35,648 bases of DNA from a virus (taxonomy: Duplodnaviria > Caudoviricetes), in IMG/VR virus record IMGVR_UViG_3300027720_000196, positions 1-35,648 of that record, one strand, 5' to 3'. Position numbers and translations under genes: made by a program. This document shows, piece by piece, positions 1 through 8,265 of this stretch; position 1 is the stretch's first letter, and each line of letters begins with the position of its first letter. The notes below the pieces were generated by a model. That model saw nothing but the letters and a program-made list of their open reading frames with translations. It did not search any database and had not been told where the DNA came from.

Positions 1-397
1 CTTCTGCACCCATACCGTAGTACTTTTGGTCATGGAAGATTTTGATATCCGGAATATTATGATCACCAATACGGTCACGTACCAACTGTCCGTTTACACA
101 ATAGTCAGCGGCAATGTTAAAGATTTTGGCATCTCGACCTTCTCTACGACCCATGTGGTCAAACACATTGTGTAAAATTTCATGAGCAATAACAAACTCA
201 ACTTGTTTTACCGAGAGTTTCTCAAAAAAGCCACGATTAAAATAGATATGGCGACCATCTGTGGCTGCTGTGGGCAACCAATCTTCACCTTCTTGAATTT
301 TCAAGCGTGTAGCCATGTTGCCAAAGAATGGGTGTTTAAGCAACAGGCTCACTCGTGCAATAATAATTTTATCGATAATTGGATCTGTATGTGACAT
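1..397 (-). CDS. Putative metallopeptidase (DUF2201-like, vWA-associated), N-terminal part; runs off the window
   Basis: Not in the ORF track. Manual translation from ATG 397 gives MSHTDPIIDKIIIARVSLLLKHPFFGNMA...TAATDGRHIYFN...IAHEILHNVFDH...NIAADYCVN, with an HExxH motif. AGGAG SD upstream; lies next to a MoxR-like ATPase. Confidence 0.85.
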   Translation of the reverse strand, partial: MSHTDPIIDKIIIARVSLLLKHPFFGNMATRLKIQEGEDWLPTAATDGRHIYFNRGFFEKLSVKQVEFVIAHEILHNVFDHMGRREGRDAKIFNIAADYCVNGQLVRDRIGDHNIPDIKIFHDQKYYGMGAE

Positions 398-426
398 TCT
401 TGCTCCTAAGTTCTTACTATGTATAT

Positions 427-455
427 AGTATAACACCACCCGAAGGTGGTGTCAA
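427..455 (-). promoter_or_regulatory. Sigma70-type promoter TTGACA-N17-TATACT
   Basis: Minus strand reads TTGACA CCACCTTCGGGTGGTGT TATACT; the spacer lies inside an 8-bp inverted repeat with a TTCG loop. Confidence 0.85.
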
Positions 456-471
456 ATGGTGTTAAACCAAT

Positions 472-1572
472 TTATTTGGAATTTTTGTCAGTAGCGGCAC
501 TGATGTACTTGCCAAACTTTTGGTGGAACTCGTCAAAGCATGCAATTTCATCTGGATCCAATGGCAGTTTATAAGTGCTTAGAGCCAACTTGGTACCCAT
601 AATTACTAACTCAGTTTCAAAATTCTTCATAATAAATTCAAAGAAGTTGTTGACTTGTTCGTTCCAATTCTTGGCTTTCTTATCGCAAGAATCTTTCAAC
701 TCGTAGCACAATGACACAGTCAATGAGTACATGGCAGAGATTTCTTTGGAATCCATTTTCTTAACTTTGCCATTCAAAATGTCTGTAGGATTAGGCATTT
801 TGCTTGCGTGTTTACGGTGCGCCATGAATTTGATAGCAAGACCTTCACCAACAGAACCTGACACCAAATCAGTTAGTGTTTCGTTATCACAATCGTCGTC
901 GTGCAACAATTCGCTAACAAAAGACCAAGAGCGTGGTGTAGCAAAGGCACGTGAACTGGACTTTGGATCAAAGTCGTACAAGTCCTTTTTGGAGAAACTC
1001 AAGAAGCCAACCACATCCTTGTGAACCTTGTTTTCAGCAGCCCACTCAAAATAGTCATCCCAGTTAACTTGCATTTCCAAGTGAACAAAACGATTAGCCA
1101 ACGGAGCAGGCATGCGGAATGTAACACCTTTGTCAGTTTCTCGATTGCCTGCAGCAACAATAACAACATTGCTGGGCAAAGTGTATGCACCAACTTTACG
1201 GTTAAGAACCAACTGATATGCAGCTGCTTGAACGCTGGGTGCCGCACTGTTCATTTCATCCAAGAACAGGATAATGTGTTTGTGCTGTTTGGCCATTTCT
1301 TGGTTAGGCAATTCGCTTGGCGGTGCCCAAACCATTGTGTTGGAGTTAGAATCAAAATATGGAATGCCTTTGATGTCAGTGGGTTCCCACAGACTCAAAC
1401 GTACATCAATCACATGAGCATCAATCTCAGTGCCGAGTTGTTTGATAATATCGGACTTGCCAATTCCGGGAGGACCCCATAGGAAGATTGGACGTTGATT
1501 TTTAAAAGCCTTACGCAAAGACTTTTTAGCACCGCTTGGGCCCACTGTACGGCCTGAAATATCTGCTGCCAT
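472..1572 (-). CDS. MoxR/dynein-related AAA+ ATPase
   Basis: Walker A GPPGIGKS, Walker B ILFLDEMN, sensor AAGN, arginine finger LANRF, TPRSW. Confidence 0.9.
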   Translation of the reverse strand: MAADISGRTVGPSGAKKSLRKAFKNQRPIFLWGPPGIGKSDIIKQLGTEIDAHVIDVRLSLWEPTDIKGIPYFDSNSNTMVWAPPSELPNQEMAKQHKHIILFLDEMNSAAPSVQAAAYQLVLNRKVGAYTLPSNVVIVAAGNRETDKGVTFRMPAPLANRFVHLEMQVNWDDYFEWAAENKVHKDVVGFLSFSKKDLYDFDPKSSSRAFATPRSWSFVSELLHDDDCDNETLTDLVSGSVGEGLAIKFMAHRKHASKMPNPTDILNGKVKKMDSKEISAMYSLTVSLCYELKDSCDKKAKNWNEQVNNFFEFIMKNFETELVIMGTKLALSTYKLPLDPDEIACFDEFHQKFGKYISAATDKNSK

Positions 1573-1627
1573 TTTATTTCCTATCTTAGTTAAAAAAATT
1601 GTTACGAATAACGTTGTGTATGTATGT

Positions 1628-1656
1628 ATTATAGCGTCGATACACTATCACGTCAA
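1628..1656 (-). promoter_or_regulatory. Sigma70-type promoter TTGACG-N17-TATAAT
   Basis: Near-consensus hexamers with 17-nt spacing in the intergenic region upstream of the AAA+ gene. Confidence 0.85.
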
Positions 1657-1672
1657 CAAATTTTTTAACTAT

Positions 1673-2074
1673 TTAGGCATTTTTGGCTAAATCTTTTTCG
1701 CGTTCGTTCATGGCTTTGATAAGCCCAAATTTTCTAATGTCGTCAGAAAACAACATCAGCTCAAAACTCTTGCGTTCAGAAAATACAGTGATTGACATGT
1801 TGGTAAGATAATACGGGCAATCCACGTATCTTTCCAAAAATATGATTGTTTGGGGACTTAATTCAATTGGTTCGGTAAATGGAATTTCATACTCTTTTAA
1901 ATCCAATTCTTTCACCAAAAACTCGTAGCCTTCTTCACTCAATCGAAATGCACTGTCCTTGCCAACCCGTGTGCTTTGCCACCACTTGCGTGAAAATAGC
2001 TGTACATTTGCATCATCTGTGCTTTTGCCCCACTGTTGTAAAAATATCCTAGTTAGGGCAGTTCTGCTGATCAT
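1673..2074 (-). CDS. Hypothetical protein (133 aa, start MISRTAL)
   Basis: ATG at 2074 overlaps the upstream TGA (ATGA), making it the likely start. Confidence 0.7.
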   Translation of the reverse strand: MISRTALTRIFLQQWGKSTDDANVQLFSRKWWQSTRVGKDSAFRLSEEGYEFLVKELDLKEYEIPFTEPIELSPQTIIFLERYVDCPYYLTNMSITVFSERKSFELMLFSDDIRKFGLIKAMNEREKDLAKNA

Positions 2075-2355
2075 TTTAGAATAGCACCCTGTGTGAGTTT
2101 GACCACTTGAAAATCTTCGCAACCAAATGTGAGATTCAATTTTTTAGCCAAATTAATAGCATGGCCGGGATTACTAAAGCTGACTTTCTTGTATTTCGGG
2201 CCAGGATAACTGGTAAGACTATTGAAGCTTTTCAAATTAAAAGGCTCGTTTTTGTAGAACACAGCCCAAATTGCTTCAGCTTCTAAAATCTGTTCTGCTT
2301 TATAATTTTTCTTACTGATATATTCCAGTAAGATTTTTGGCTTGGGTCTCGACAT
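2071..2355 (-). CDS. Hypothetical phage protein (MSRPKP..., 94 aa)
   Basis: Clean ORF with AGGA SD and an upstream late-promoter motif. Confidence 0.75.
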   Translation of the reverse strand: MSRPKPKILLEYISKKNYKAEQILEAEAIWAVFYKNEPFNLKSFNSLTSYPGPKYKKVSFSNPGHAINLAKKLNLTFGCEDFQVVKLTQGAILK

Positions 2356-2388
2356 ATGCGTATCCTAGTAATATACGCATATATTTAT
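2354..2388 (-). promoter_or_regulatory. T4-like late promoter (ATAAATA 2388-2382) overlapping a 10-bp hairpin over the RBS/start codon
   Basis: Minus strand: GGATAAAT ATATGCGTAT ATTACTAGG ATACGCATAT G. Arms 2373-2382 and 2354-2363 are perfectly complementary. Confidence 0.7.
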
Positions 2389-2392
2389 CCAA

Positions 2393-2635
2393 TTAGTTCT
2401 TAAAATCTCCACCGTCCAGCTGTATGGACACAACTTCAGTGTTGGTGCTTTCTTTGAGTTTGATGTAGAGACTTTCGTAATCTTGTACCAGTTTGTCCTG
2501 TATTTCGGACAGAGCCAAACTAAGCAATCGTGCCTGTTGTAGAGGTAGTTTTACCTCTTTGCTTTGACTCAATTCAGCGGCTCTTACTGATTGTATAAAC
2601 TGTGTTATGGGTGTGAGATTAATCTGATTTTGCAT
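2393..2635 (-). CDS. Hypothetical protein (80 aa)
   Basis: ORF in the operon, overlapping the upstream gene. Confidence 0.7.
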   Translation of the reverse strand: MQNQINLTPITQFIQSVRAAELSQSKEVKLPLQQARLLSLALSEIQDKLVQDYESLYIKLKESTNTEVVSIQLDGGDFKN

Positions 2636-3098
2636 TTGAAAAAACCTGTTTCATCTCTAATTCAGTTTTAAACGGGCCCTTGTACGGGTTACGTTCCAGC
2701 GTAATAAGTTTGGGACAAAAGCTCTTGACCCATCCTTTGTTAAATTGAATTGTGTAATAACCTGCACAATACAAACTTTTACTCTGTGAGCTTTTTGTAA
2801 ACAATGGCAGTTTGTTTCTAACATCGTACATACTGTTGTATGGTTTAACGCTGGTAGGAAAACCATGGCATTCTTGCGGTTCTACCTGGGTAACTTTTAC
2901 TTTAGTATTGTTTAAAAAGAAAGTTTCACCAAATTGTTTGGTTAGATCTTGCTTCTTATTAAAAGTAATTTCTCCTTTGGTGCTGCTGAGAATAAACTTG
3001 TTGTTTTCTTTCTTGTGTAGTGTTGCAACCTTAGTGCCGTCTTGCTCTACGATCCAAAACTTACCATCCACTATAGGCTTGGCGTGTATAATTGTCAT
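2619..3098 (-). CDS. Hypothetical protein (159 aa)
   Basis: Strong AAGGAG SD; clean ORF. Confidence 0.75.
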   Translation of the reverse strand: MTIIHAKPIVDGKFWIVEQDGTKVATLHKKENNKFILSSTKGEITFNKKQDLTKQFGETFFLNNTKVKVTQVEPQECHGFPTSVKPYNSMYDVRNKLPLFTKSSQSKSLYCAGYYTIQFNKGWVKSFCPKLITLERNPYKGPFKTELEMKQVFSNAKSD

Positions 3099-3108
3099 AT
3101 TTTTCTCC

Positions 3109-4143
3109 TTATATACTCAGCCCCGAAGGCACTGGAGTAATGTATGTATTTATCTCTTGTTTTTTGGGATATTTTGCTTGGAAAGGCTCAGCATACGATT
3201 GAATGTTATCTGCAATTTTTTTCATGTCCCATGCATTGCAAAATTTAAGCATACGAATTCCCACTTGATCCACTGTTTTAGGCACAGCATTGATTTGAAT
3301 TGTTTCTATAATTTTTGCTTTAATCTCAGCAGGTTGTGCAGTTAAATCACACAATTGCACATTGCGTTGATAATCTTCCAGCACACGATGCTCTTGACCG
3401 TTGTGGTCAGACCATCTCTGCAGCATGAGATTGTTCCACGCAAATCCTTTGCTTTTACGATCTTCAAACGCTTCAGTGAGCCCAACTTTGTTTTTACTAC
3501 CTTTTGTACGCACACCGGGATAAGCAGAGAACACATTGTCGCTTGTATCGCCACGCATACACTTTTCGAACAGCATCCATTCTGGATCCTGTGCGGCTTT
3601 GGGTTCACCTGTTTTTTTGTCTTTAACAGGTTTGCCTTTGGCATCAAATGTGCCTTGGTGTGTGATATGTAAATCGCCCACACCATTGTACTGACTCACA
3701 TTGCTACTAATAAGTTGTGCAAAGTCGCCGTCTGTACTGATGATCACGTGTTTTGCATCTGGATGTGCTTGCACCCAGCCAGCAATTAAGTCGTCTGCTT
3801 CTAATTCCGCATGACGCATCACTGTGCAATTAGTCTTGTCCACAATAAAATTCTTGAACTCGTCAAATGCTTCCCAGAACAATTTGTCTTCATCTTGTTC
3901 CCGTTGTGTCATTGCTGCACGAGTTTCTTGTCTGTTGGCTTTGTAAGGTTTGTAAAAGTCCTTGCGCCACGATCTGCCCTCAAGGCAGAACACCACATGA
4001 GTACCGCCAAAGTCATGCCATGCTTTCTTAATACTGTTGAAGGTAATGTGAAAAGCCATACCAAGTTTGATCTCAGCTGCGCCCTGCACCACGTGTCTAG
4101 CACGAAAAAACGTGTTAGCGGTATCAACAATAATATATGTCAT
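3109..4143 (-). CDS. rnh: T4-like RNase H / 5'-3' flap exonuclease (FEN/PIN fold)
   Basis: Motifs IIVD..N, SWRK..Y..YKANR, LEADDLI, IISTDGDF, GDTSDNV..PG. Confidence 0.9.
   Translation of the reverse strand: MTYIIVDTANTFFRARHVVQGAAEIKLGMAFHITFNSIKKAWHDFGGTHVVFCLEGRSWRKDFYKPYKANRQETRAAMTQREQDEDKLFWEAFDEFKNFIVDKTNCTVMRHAELEADDLIAGWVQAHPDAKHVIISTDGDFAQLISSNVSQYNGVGDLHITHQGTFDAKGKPVKDKKTGEPKAAQDPEWMLFEKCMRGDTSDNVFSAYPGVRTKGSKNKVGLTEAFEDRKSKGFAWNNLMLQRWSDHNGQEHRVLEDYQRNVQLCDLTAQPAEIKAKIIETIQINAVPKTVDQVGIRMLKFCNAWDMKKIADNIQSYAEPFQAKYPKKQEINTYITPVPSGLSI
3147..3153 (-). promoter_or_regulatory. Putative T4-like late promoter (GATAAATACATA) inside the 3' end of rnh
   Basis: Same TAAATACATA context as the sites at 23496 and 26245; about 50 nt upstream of ATG 3098. 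Confidence 0.5.
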
Positions 4144-4574
4144 TCAACTTCCGATCTGCCACCTGGCAACTTCCTTACATTGATATAACCAGCACTTGTA
4201 CGTCCTGGGTCTTGTCCAGTTTCGGCAATCATGTTGCCTGCAAGATCTCTGAACCAACGGTCCACAATTTCTTCATCAGGATCACCTTCATAACCATAAC
4301 CAGCTTGTTTCAATTGTACTATAAAATGATCATTCCAGTCAAGCTCAAAAAAGCCGTTTCGTATGTTTTCTTTGTTTACATGTGTGTCTAACACAGCAAC
4401 CCACGGTTCATTTCGAGCAGTGGCTCGTTCTTTTGGCGTTGCTTTGGCCAATGCTTCTGCTGCCTGCGCTTTTTTAGTTTCTTCTTGAGCCTTTGACAAT
4501 GCTTCGTTAGCCTGAGCTTTCTCTAATTCTAACTTTTCAATACCAAACAGCTTTTTAACAAATTTACCAATCAT
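4140..4574 (-). CDS. Hypothetical phage protein (144 aa, start MIGKFVKKLFG)
   Basis: AAGGA SD before ATG 4574; the stop overlaps the rnh ATG. Confidence 0.75.
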   Translation of the reverse strand: MIGKFVKKLFGIEKLELEKAQANEALSKAQEETKKAQAAEALAKATPKERATARNEPWVAVLDTHVNKENIRNGFFELDWNDHFIVQLKQAGYGYEGDPDEEIVDRWFRDLAGNMIAETGQDPGRTSAGYINVRKLPGGRSEVE

Positions 4575-4660
4575 TTCTTTTTCCTTGAAATTATATACTG
4601 TGCAAACATATACACTATGATAATGCATGCTAGTCCTACACAGGTATAATAGAATATCAT
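4571..4660 (-). CDS. Small single-pass membrane protein (29 aa)
   Basis: MIFYYTCVGLACIIIVYMFAQYIISRKKK. Start overlaps the queE stop (TGATG) and stop overlaps the next ATG (ATGA); hydrophobic core followed by a basic tail. Confidence 0.6.
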   Translation of the reverse strand: MIFYYTCVGLACIIIVYMFAQYIISRKKK

Positions 4661-5514
4661 CAAGTACCCCACTCATTTTTAAATAACGGCACTTGCAAAC
4701 GATCACTGTAACGCCATCCACGTTTCATAGCCGCCAGTGCCACATTCTTTGCATTGAGTGTATAAACACTTTCCACACCACCCACTGGCATTAGATAAAC
4801 GTGTCCTTTGAATCCTGCTTCTCTAAATTCTTCAACAGCATGTTCTGCATCAATAATATCTTCTGTTGTTGCTACTACAAATTTAAGATAAGCTGTGCCT
4901 ACTTCTTCATACTCACAAACAACTTCTGGGAGAATAGCCTCAAACCAATTCTCTCCACTTGCTGGCAGTTTAGCACTTACACTAAACGTAAGTTCTCTGC
5001 CCACTACACTATTCCACTTTCTCAAGTATTCTTTAAATTCCGGAGTAAGTTTTTGAGTACCATTTGTTTCAAATGTAATCTCTTTTAGACCACGCATTCT
5101 AGAGTTGTTAATCAAATCTGGATAAGCACGTTGCCAACCCAGCAAAGGTTCTCCACCTGTAATAACAAGGTGCTCATCTTCCCAATGATCTTGCGGAAGA
5201 ATTTCCATAATTCGATCTGCAATTGCTTCGCTGGTGAGCATGGGCGACAGATCTTTGAAGTCTGGATGCCAACTGGCATAGCTGTCACAACCTGTACTAA
5301 CTAAGGGCAAGTCTTCATATTTTGTAAACGGCGTAATCATTGTATGTGTGGCCGCAATGTCAGTTGCTTCGTGACTCGTTTCACCACGTGGCATACCAAA
5401 GCCAGCACATTTAAAATTACATCCAAATGTGCGCAGAAACACAGAAGGGACGCCCATGTAGCGTCCTTCACCTTGGATACTGTAAAACAGTTCAGCTATT
5501 TTTATTTTGCTCAT
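4660..5514 (-). CDS. queE: 7-carboxy-7-deazaguanine synthase (radical SAM)
   Basis: ELFYSIQGEG, FLRTFGCNFKC...GCDS, ITGGEP, ETNGT, LMPVG, RLQV. ATGA overlap places the start at 5514. Confidence 0.92.
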   Translation of the reverse strand: MSKIKIAELFYSIQGEGRYMGVPSVFLRTFGCNFKCAGFGMPRGETSHEATDIAATHTMITPFTKYEDLPLVSTGCDSYASWHPDFKDLSPMLTSEAIADRIMEILPQDHWEDEHLVITGGEPLLGWQRAYPDLINNSRMRGLKEITFETNGTQKLTPEFKEYLRKWNSVVGRELTFSVSAKLPASGENWFEAILPEVVCEYEEVGTAYLKFVVATTEDIIDAEHAVEEFREAGFKGHVYLMPVGGVESVYTLNAKNVALAAMKRGWRYSDRLQVPLFKNEWGT

Positions 5515-5900
5515 ACACAATCCTGTTCATTTGCCATTTTCTTTATTGTAGCACGTTCTTCTTTGTTTTGCCTAGCATTACGAAAAGCAGTAACATCTTC
5601 AATTGCGTTTTTTAAAGTTTCAGCATAATTGAGTGCTTGTTGTTTATTTAGGTGTACACTGGATTCTGTATCAACATAGCCCTTAGTCAGCAGAGTCCAA
5701 ATATGATCCCAACGTTTTTTACTCCACCAATTTGTTTTGCCTGTGGTATAAATGGTTACTTGAATATCGCAGTCATCCGCTTCTACCCACAGGTTATGAT
5801 TGTGAGTTTCATCTCCGCAATTACAAGCGACTCGGTAGACTCTGCTGTCTCCCCAATCGTTTGTTTTTAATATGCCTTCTGCTGGAATTTGATACTTCAT
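5511..5900 (-). CDS. Hypothetical protein with CxC-x4-HxH putative metal site
   Basis: ORF coupled to both neighbours; contains CNCGDETHNH. Confidence 0.7.
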   Translation of the reverse strand: MKYQIPAEGILKTNDWGDSRVYRVACNCGDETHNHNLWVEADDCDIQVTIYTTGKTNWWSKKRWDHIWTLLTKGYVDTESSVHLNKQQALNYAETLKNAIEDVTAFRNARQNKEERATIKKMANEQDCV

Positions 5901-6115
5901 TCTACATCCTCCTCAAACCATTCGTCAACCATTGTTTCTGCTTCGTCTTGCGTTAACGCTGGCACAAAAATTCTAGCAGGGTGTCCAACTGAATGCTGAA
6001 TGTTAAATTTTACTACACCGGCAGGTATGCGATCAAATTCACGTTCCACAATAAATTCTTGTAAATTTTTAGCACGGTTAATTATTTGATCAGTTAAGTC
6101 TTTAGCTGTGGTCAT
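5897..6115 (-). CDS. Hypothetical protein (72 aa)
   Basis: ATGA overlaps on both sides. Confidence 0.65.
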   Translation of the reverse strand: MTTAKDLTDQIINRAKNLQEFIVEREFDRIPAGVVKFNIQHSVGHPARIFVPALTQDEAETMVDEWFEEDVE

Positions 6116-6948
6116 CTTGGGGCAAAGTCCTGTTGTAGTTTAATGTTATCAAAAAATTCTTTCTTTGTTCCTGCGTCAGTAGTGAATGCACCTTTGAGTA
6201 CAGTAGTCTGTGTTAAACTGGAATGTGCCATAATGCCACGATTCTCACAGCACCCGTGTACAGCTTGAATATATACTCCCACATTCTCGCTGTCAGTTGC
6301 CTTCATTATTTCTCGGGCAATATCATTGCACAGTTCTTCCTGTAGTGTACCACGACGAGCACACCACTGTGCTATTCTGGTATACTTGCTGAGACCAATA
6401 AGTTTATTAGCGGCAATGATACCGATGTAGGCAACCCCAGATACAGGCTGGTGGTGATGAGAACACATACTTCGAAGCTCACTACGTACCACAAGCATAC
6501 CTTCGTAGCGGTCGGCGCTGTCATTTGGAAAAGCTGTTGCATCTGGTGCTGGTTCATATCTGCCCTCCATTACTTCGTTAAAGTACATTTTAGCCAGTCG
6601 TTTTGCTGTGCCTTTTGAGTTAGGATCAGTTTCACGATCAATAAGCAAACTATCTAACACCAGTTCAAATGCTTGTGCAGCTTCGTTGATTAAATGTTCT
6701 TTATCGCTTTCATGCAGGTAGTCACTGATATTATCCCCTGCCCAAAAGCGTTTGCCTTCACGTTTCATTCTCATGCGGATTGCGCCTGCCAATGTTCCTT
6801 CTTTGTATCCGCCATCGCCTGCCATTGCGTCTAGTCCAGTTTCTGTTTTAACATGTACTTCTTTTTTTGCAGTTATTATTTGGTCTGCTACAAATTTGAT
6901 ATCGGCATCAGAATGAAATACGGGATCGGGTTTAAAGTCTTTAGTCAT
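6112..6948 (-). CDS. folE: GTP cyclohydrolase I
   Basis: RSMCSHHHQP, GLSKYTRIA, LQEEL, HGCCENRG, KKEFF; AGGAG SD. Confidence 0.95.
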   Translation of the reverse strand: MTKDFKPDPVFHSDADIKFVADQIITAKKEVHVKTETGLDAMAGDGGYKEGTLAGAIRMRMKREGKRFWAGDNISDYLHESDKEHLINEAAQAFELVLDSLLIDRETDPNSKGTAKRLAKMYFNEVMEGRYEPAPDATAFPNDSADRYEGMLVVRSELRSMCSHHHQPVSGVAYIGIIAANKLIGLSKYTRIAQWCARRGTLQEELCNDIAREIMKATDSENVGVYIQAVHGCCENRGIMAHSSLTQTTVLKGAFTTDAGTKKEFFDNIKLQQDFAPR

Positions 6949-6966
6949 CGTTACTCCTATGTTTGT

Positions 6967-6995
6967 ATTATATAGGTTTATTTAGGTTTTTGCAA
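6967..6995 (-). promoter_or_regulatory. Sigma70-type promoter TTGCAA-N17-TATAAT, with CTAAATA in the spacer
   Basis: Hexamers at 6995-6990 and 6972-6967, directly upstream of folE. Confidence 0.8.
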
Positions 6996-7007
6996 GAAAT
7001 TTTAAGC

Positions 7008-7208
7008 TCAAATGTATTCACTTAACAGTATTTGGCACAGGTTGTAATCTTTTTGATTCTTAAATGTAAAAGCCATATCTTCATCTCGTGGGTGATATGT
7101 GAACTTGTTACCAGGTAATCCAAAAACTTCCACTACATCGGCACATATTTCATTCCACCAGTTATTATCTTGTCCAGTCCACTGGATTTTAATTGTTAGA
7201 TTTTCCAT
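7008..7208 (-). CDS. Hypothetical protein (66 aa)
   Basis: Short ORF in the operon. Confidence 0.6.
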   Translation of the reverse strand: MENLTIKIQWTGQDNNWWNEICADVVEVFGLPGNKFTYHPRDEDMAFTFKNQKDYNLCQILLSEYI

Positions 7209-7353
7209 CTCTTTCCAACATTTTTAATTCATCTTCGAGATATTCTCTATAACTAGATAACACTTCGGAAGCATGAATGTTTTCCGAATTTTTTTCAATA
7301 TCTTCAACAACTCGTTTAATTTTTTCTTGTAATTCTTCAACAGTTAATGTCAA
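7189..7353 (-). CDS. Hypothetical coiled-coil protein (54 aa, TTG start)
   Basis: TAAGGAG SD 6 nt before TTG 7353, which overlaps the upstream TGA. The longer track ORF is probably over-extended. Confidence 0.6.
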   Translation of the reverse strand: MTLTVEELQEKIKRVVEDIEKNSENIHASEVLSSYREYLEDELKMLERDGKSNN

Positions 7354-7550
7354 TTTGAACTCCTTACAGATCTCAGGCCGCTGGCGCCGCCTAGTAAAAT
7401 GGCAAATGCTGCCCACGTTTCCCAAGTTAGTGGAATGTTCAATACAGGAAATAGTGTATTCAAACTCCAAATACCTAAAATAGGTCCAATAGCAATCACA
7501 ATTACAATTAAAGCAATGCCTAAAATAAGTTTAATTAGTGATGATGTCAT
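7350..7550 (-). CDS. Small two-TM membrane protein (66 aa)
   Basis: MTSSLIKLILGIALIVIVIAIG...WETWAAFAILLGG; ATGA overlap with the PRTase stop. Confidence 0.65.
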   Translation of the reverse strand: MTSSLIKLILGIALIVIVIAIGPILGIWSLNTLFPVLNIPLTWETWAAFAILLGGASGLRSVRSSN

Positions 7551-8038
7551 AACCAAAAATCCTCCCAGGGATAAACAAGCCAACAATCTTCTTCTGCTTT
7601 ATTTACTGTCCACACATAATAGTCTGGATCTTTAAACTGGCTCGATTGATTGTGTGTCAATACTGCAAATCGAACATTATCTCCCCATATACTTTCCCAT
7701 TTGGGATCGTTAGGGAAACAACCGTCAGGCCAATCATTCTTAATCCATGCAACAGTGGATCCTTGATCGTTAATGTCATCGACTATAAGAATTTTTTTAC
7801 CTGCATAAGCATCTTCAGCCATACCAAGATTGCTAACACAATCGCCGCCATCTCGTAGACTAATGTCAAGGCTATTCATTTTAATGCCAGTGTATTGACT
7901 TAACAAATTAGCAGGAACAAGCCCGCCACGTGTAATGCCTACAATATAATCTGGGCGCCAATTGTGATTATGCATTTGTTTAGCAATATCCAAACATGCA
8001 CCTTGAACATTGCGCCAAGTGTAATAAACTTTTTTCAT
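7547..8038 (-). CDS. Type I purine phosphoribosyltransferase (xanthine/guanine PRT-like)
   Basis: IVGITRGGLVPA, PRPP loop ILIVDDINDQGST, C-terminal WLVYPWE. Confidence 0.9.
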   Translation of the reverse strand: MKKVYYTWRNVQGACLDIAKQMHNHNWRPDYIVGITRGGLVPANLLSQYTGIKMNSLDISLRDGGDCVSNLGMAEDAYAGKKILIVDDINDQGSTVAWIKNDWPDGCFPNDPKWESIWGDNVRFAVLTHNQSSQFKDPDYYVWTVNKAEEDCWLVYPWEDFWL

Positions 8039-8265
8039 GCTACTAGTCCATCGGCTAATTTAACAAGTTCTTCTTTTGTCATAAAGAAATTGTATGTTTG
8101 ACTGTCTTGCACTTGGCCGTCTTTAATACTTTCTTGAATAATATCAAGACTAAACAGGCCTTTTGGTGCTAGTACTTCGTGTTTAGTTACACGTACTCTG
8201 AATCCTTCAGATTCTTTAACAATTATTTCTTTGCGTGTGTGCGCTATTGATTCATGCAACATCAT
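8035..8265 (-). CDS. Hypothetical protein (76 aa)
   Basis: AAGGAG SD; ATGA overlap with the PRTase gene. Confidence 0.65.
   Translation of the reverse strand: MMLHESIAHTRKEIIVKESEGFRVRVTKHEVLAPKGLFSLDIIQESIKDGQVQDSQTYNFFMTKEELVKLADGLVA

Noticed and set aside
5780-5850. CGDETHNH in the 129-aa protein as a possible QueD
   Set aside because: Spacing is Cx4HxH rather than CxxxHGH, and the other QueD motifs are missing.
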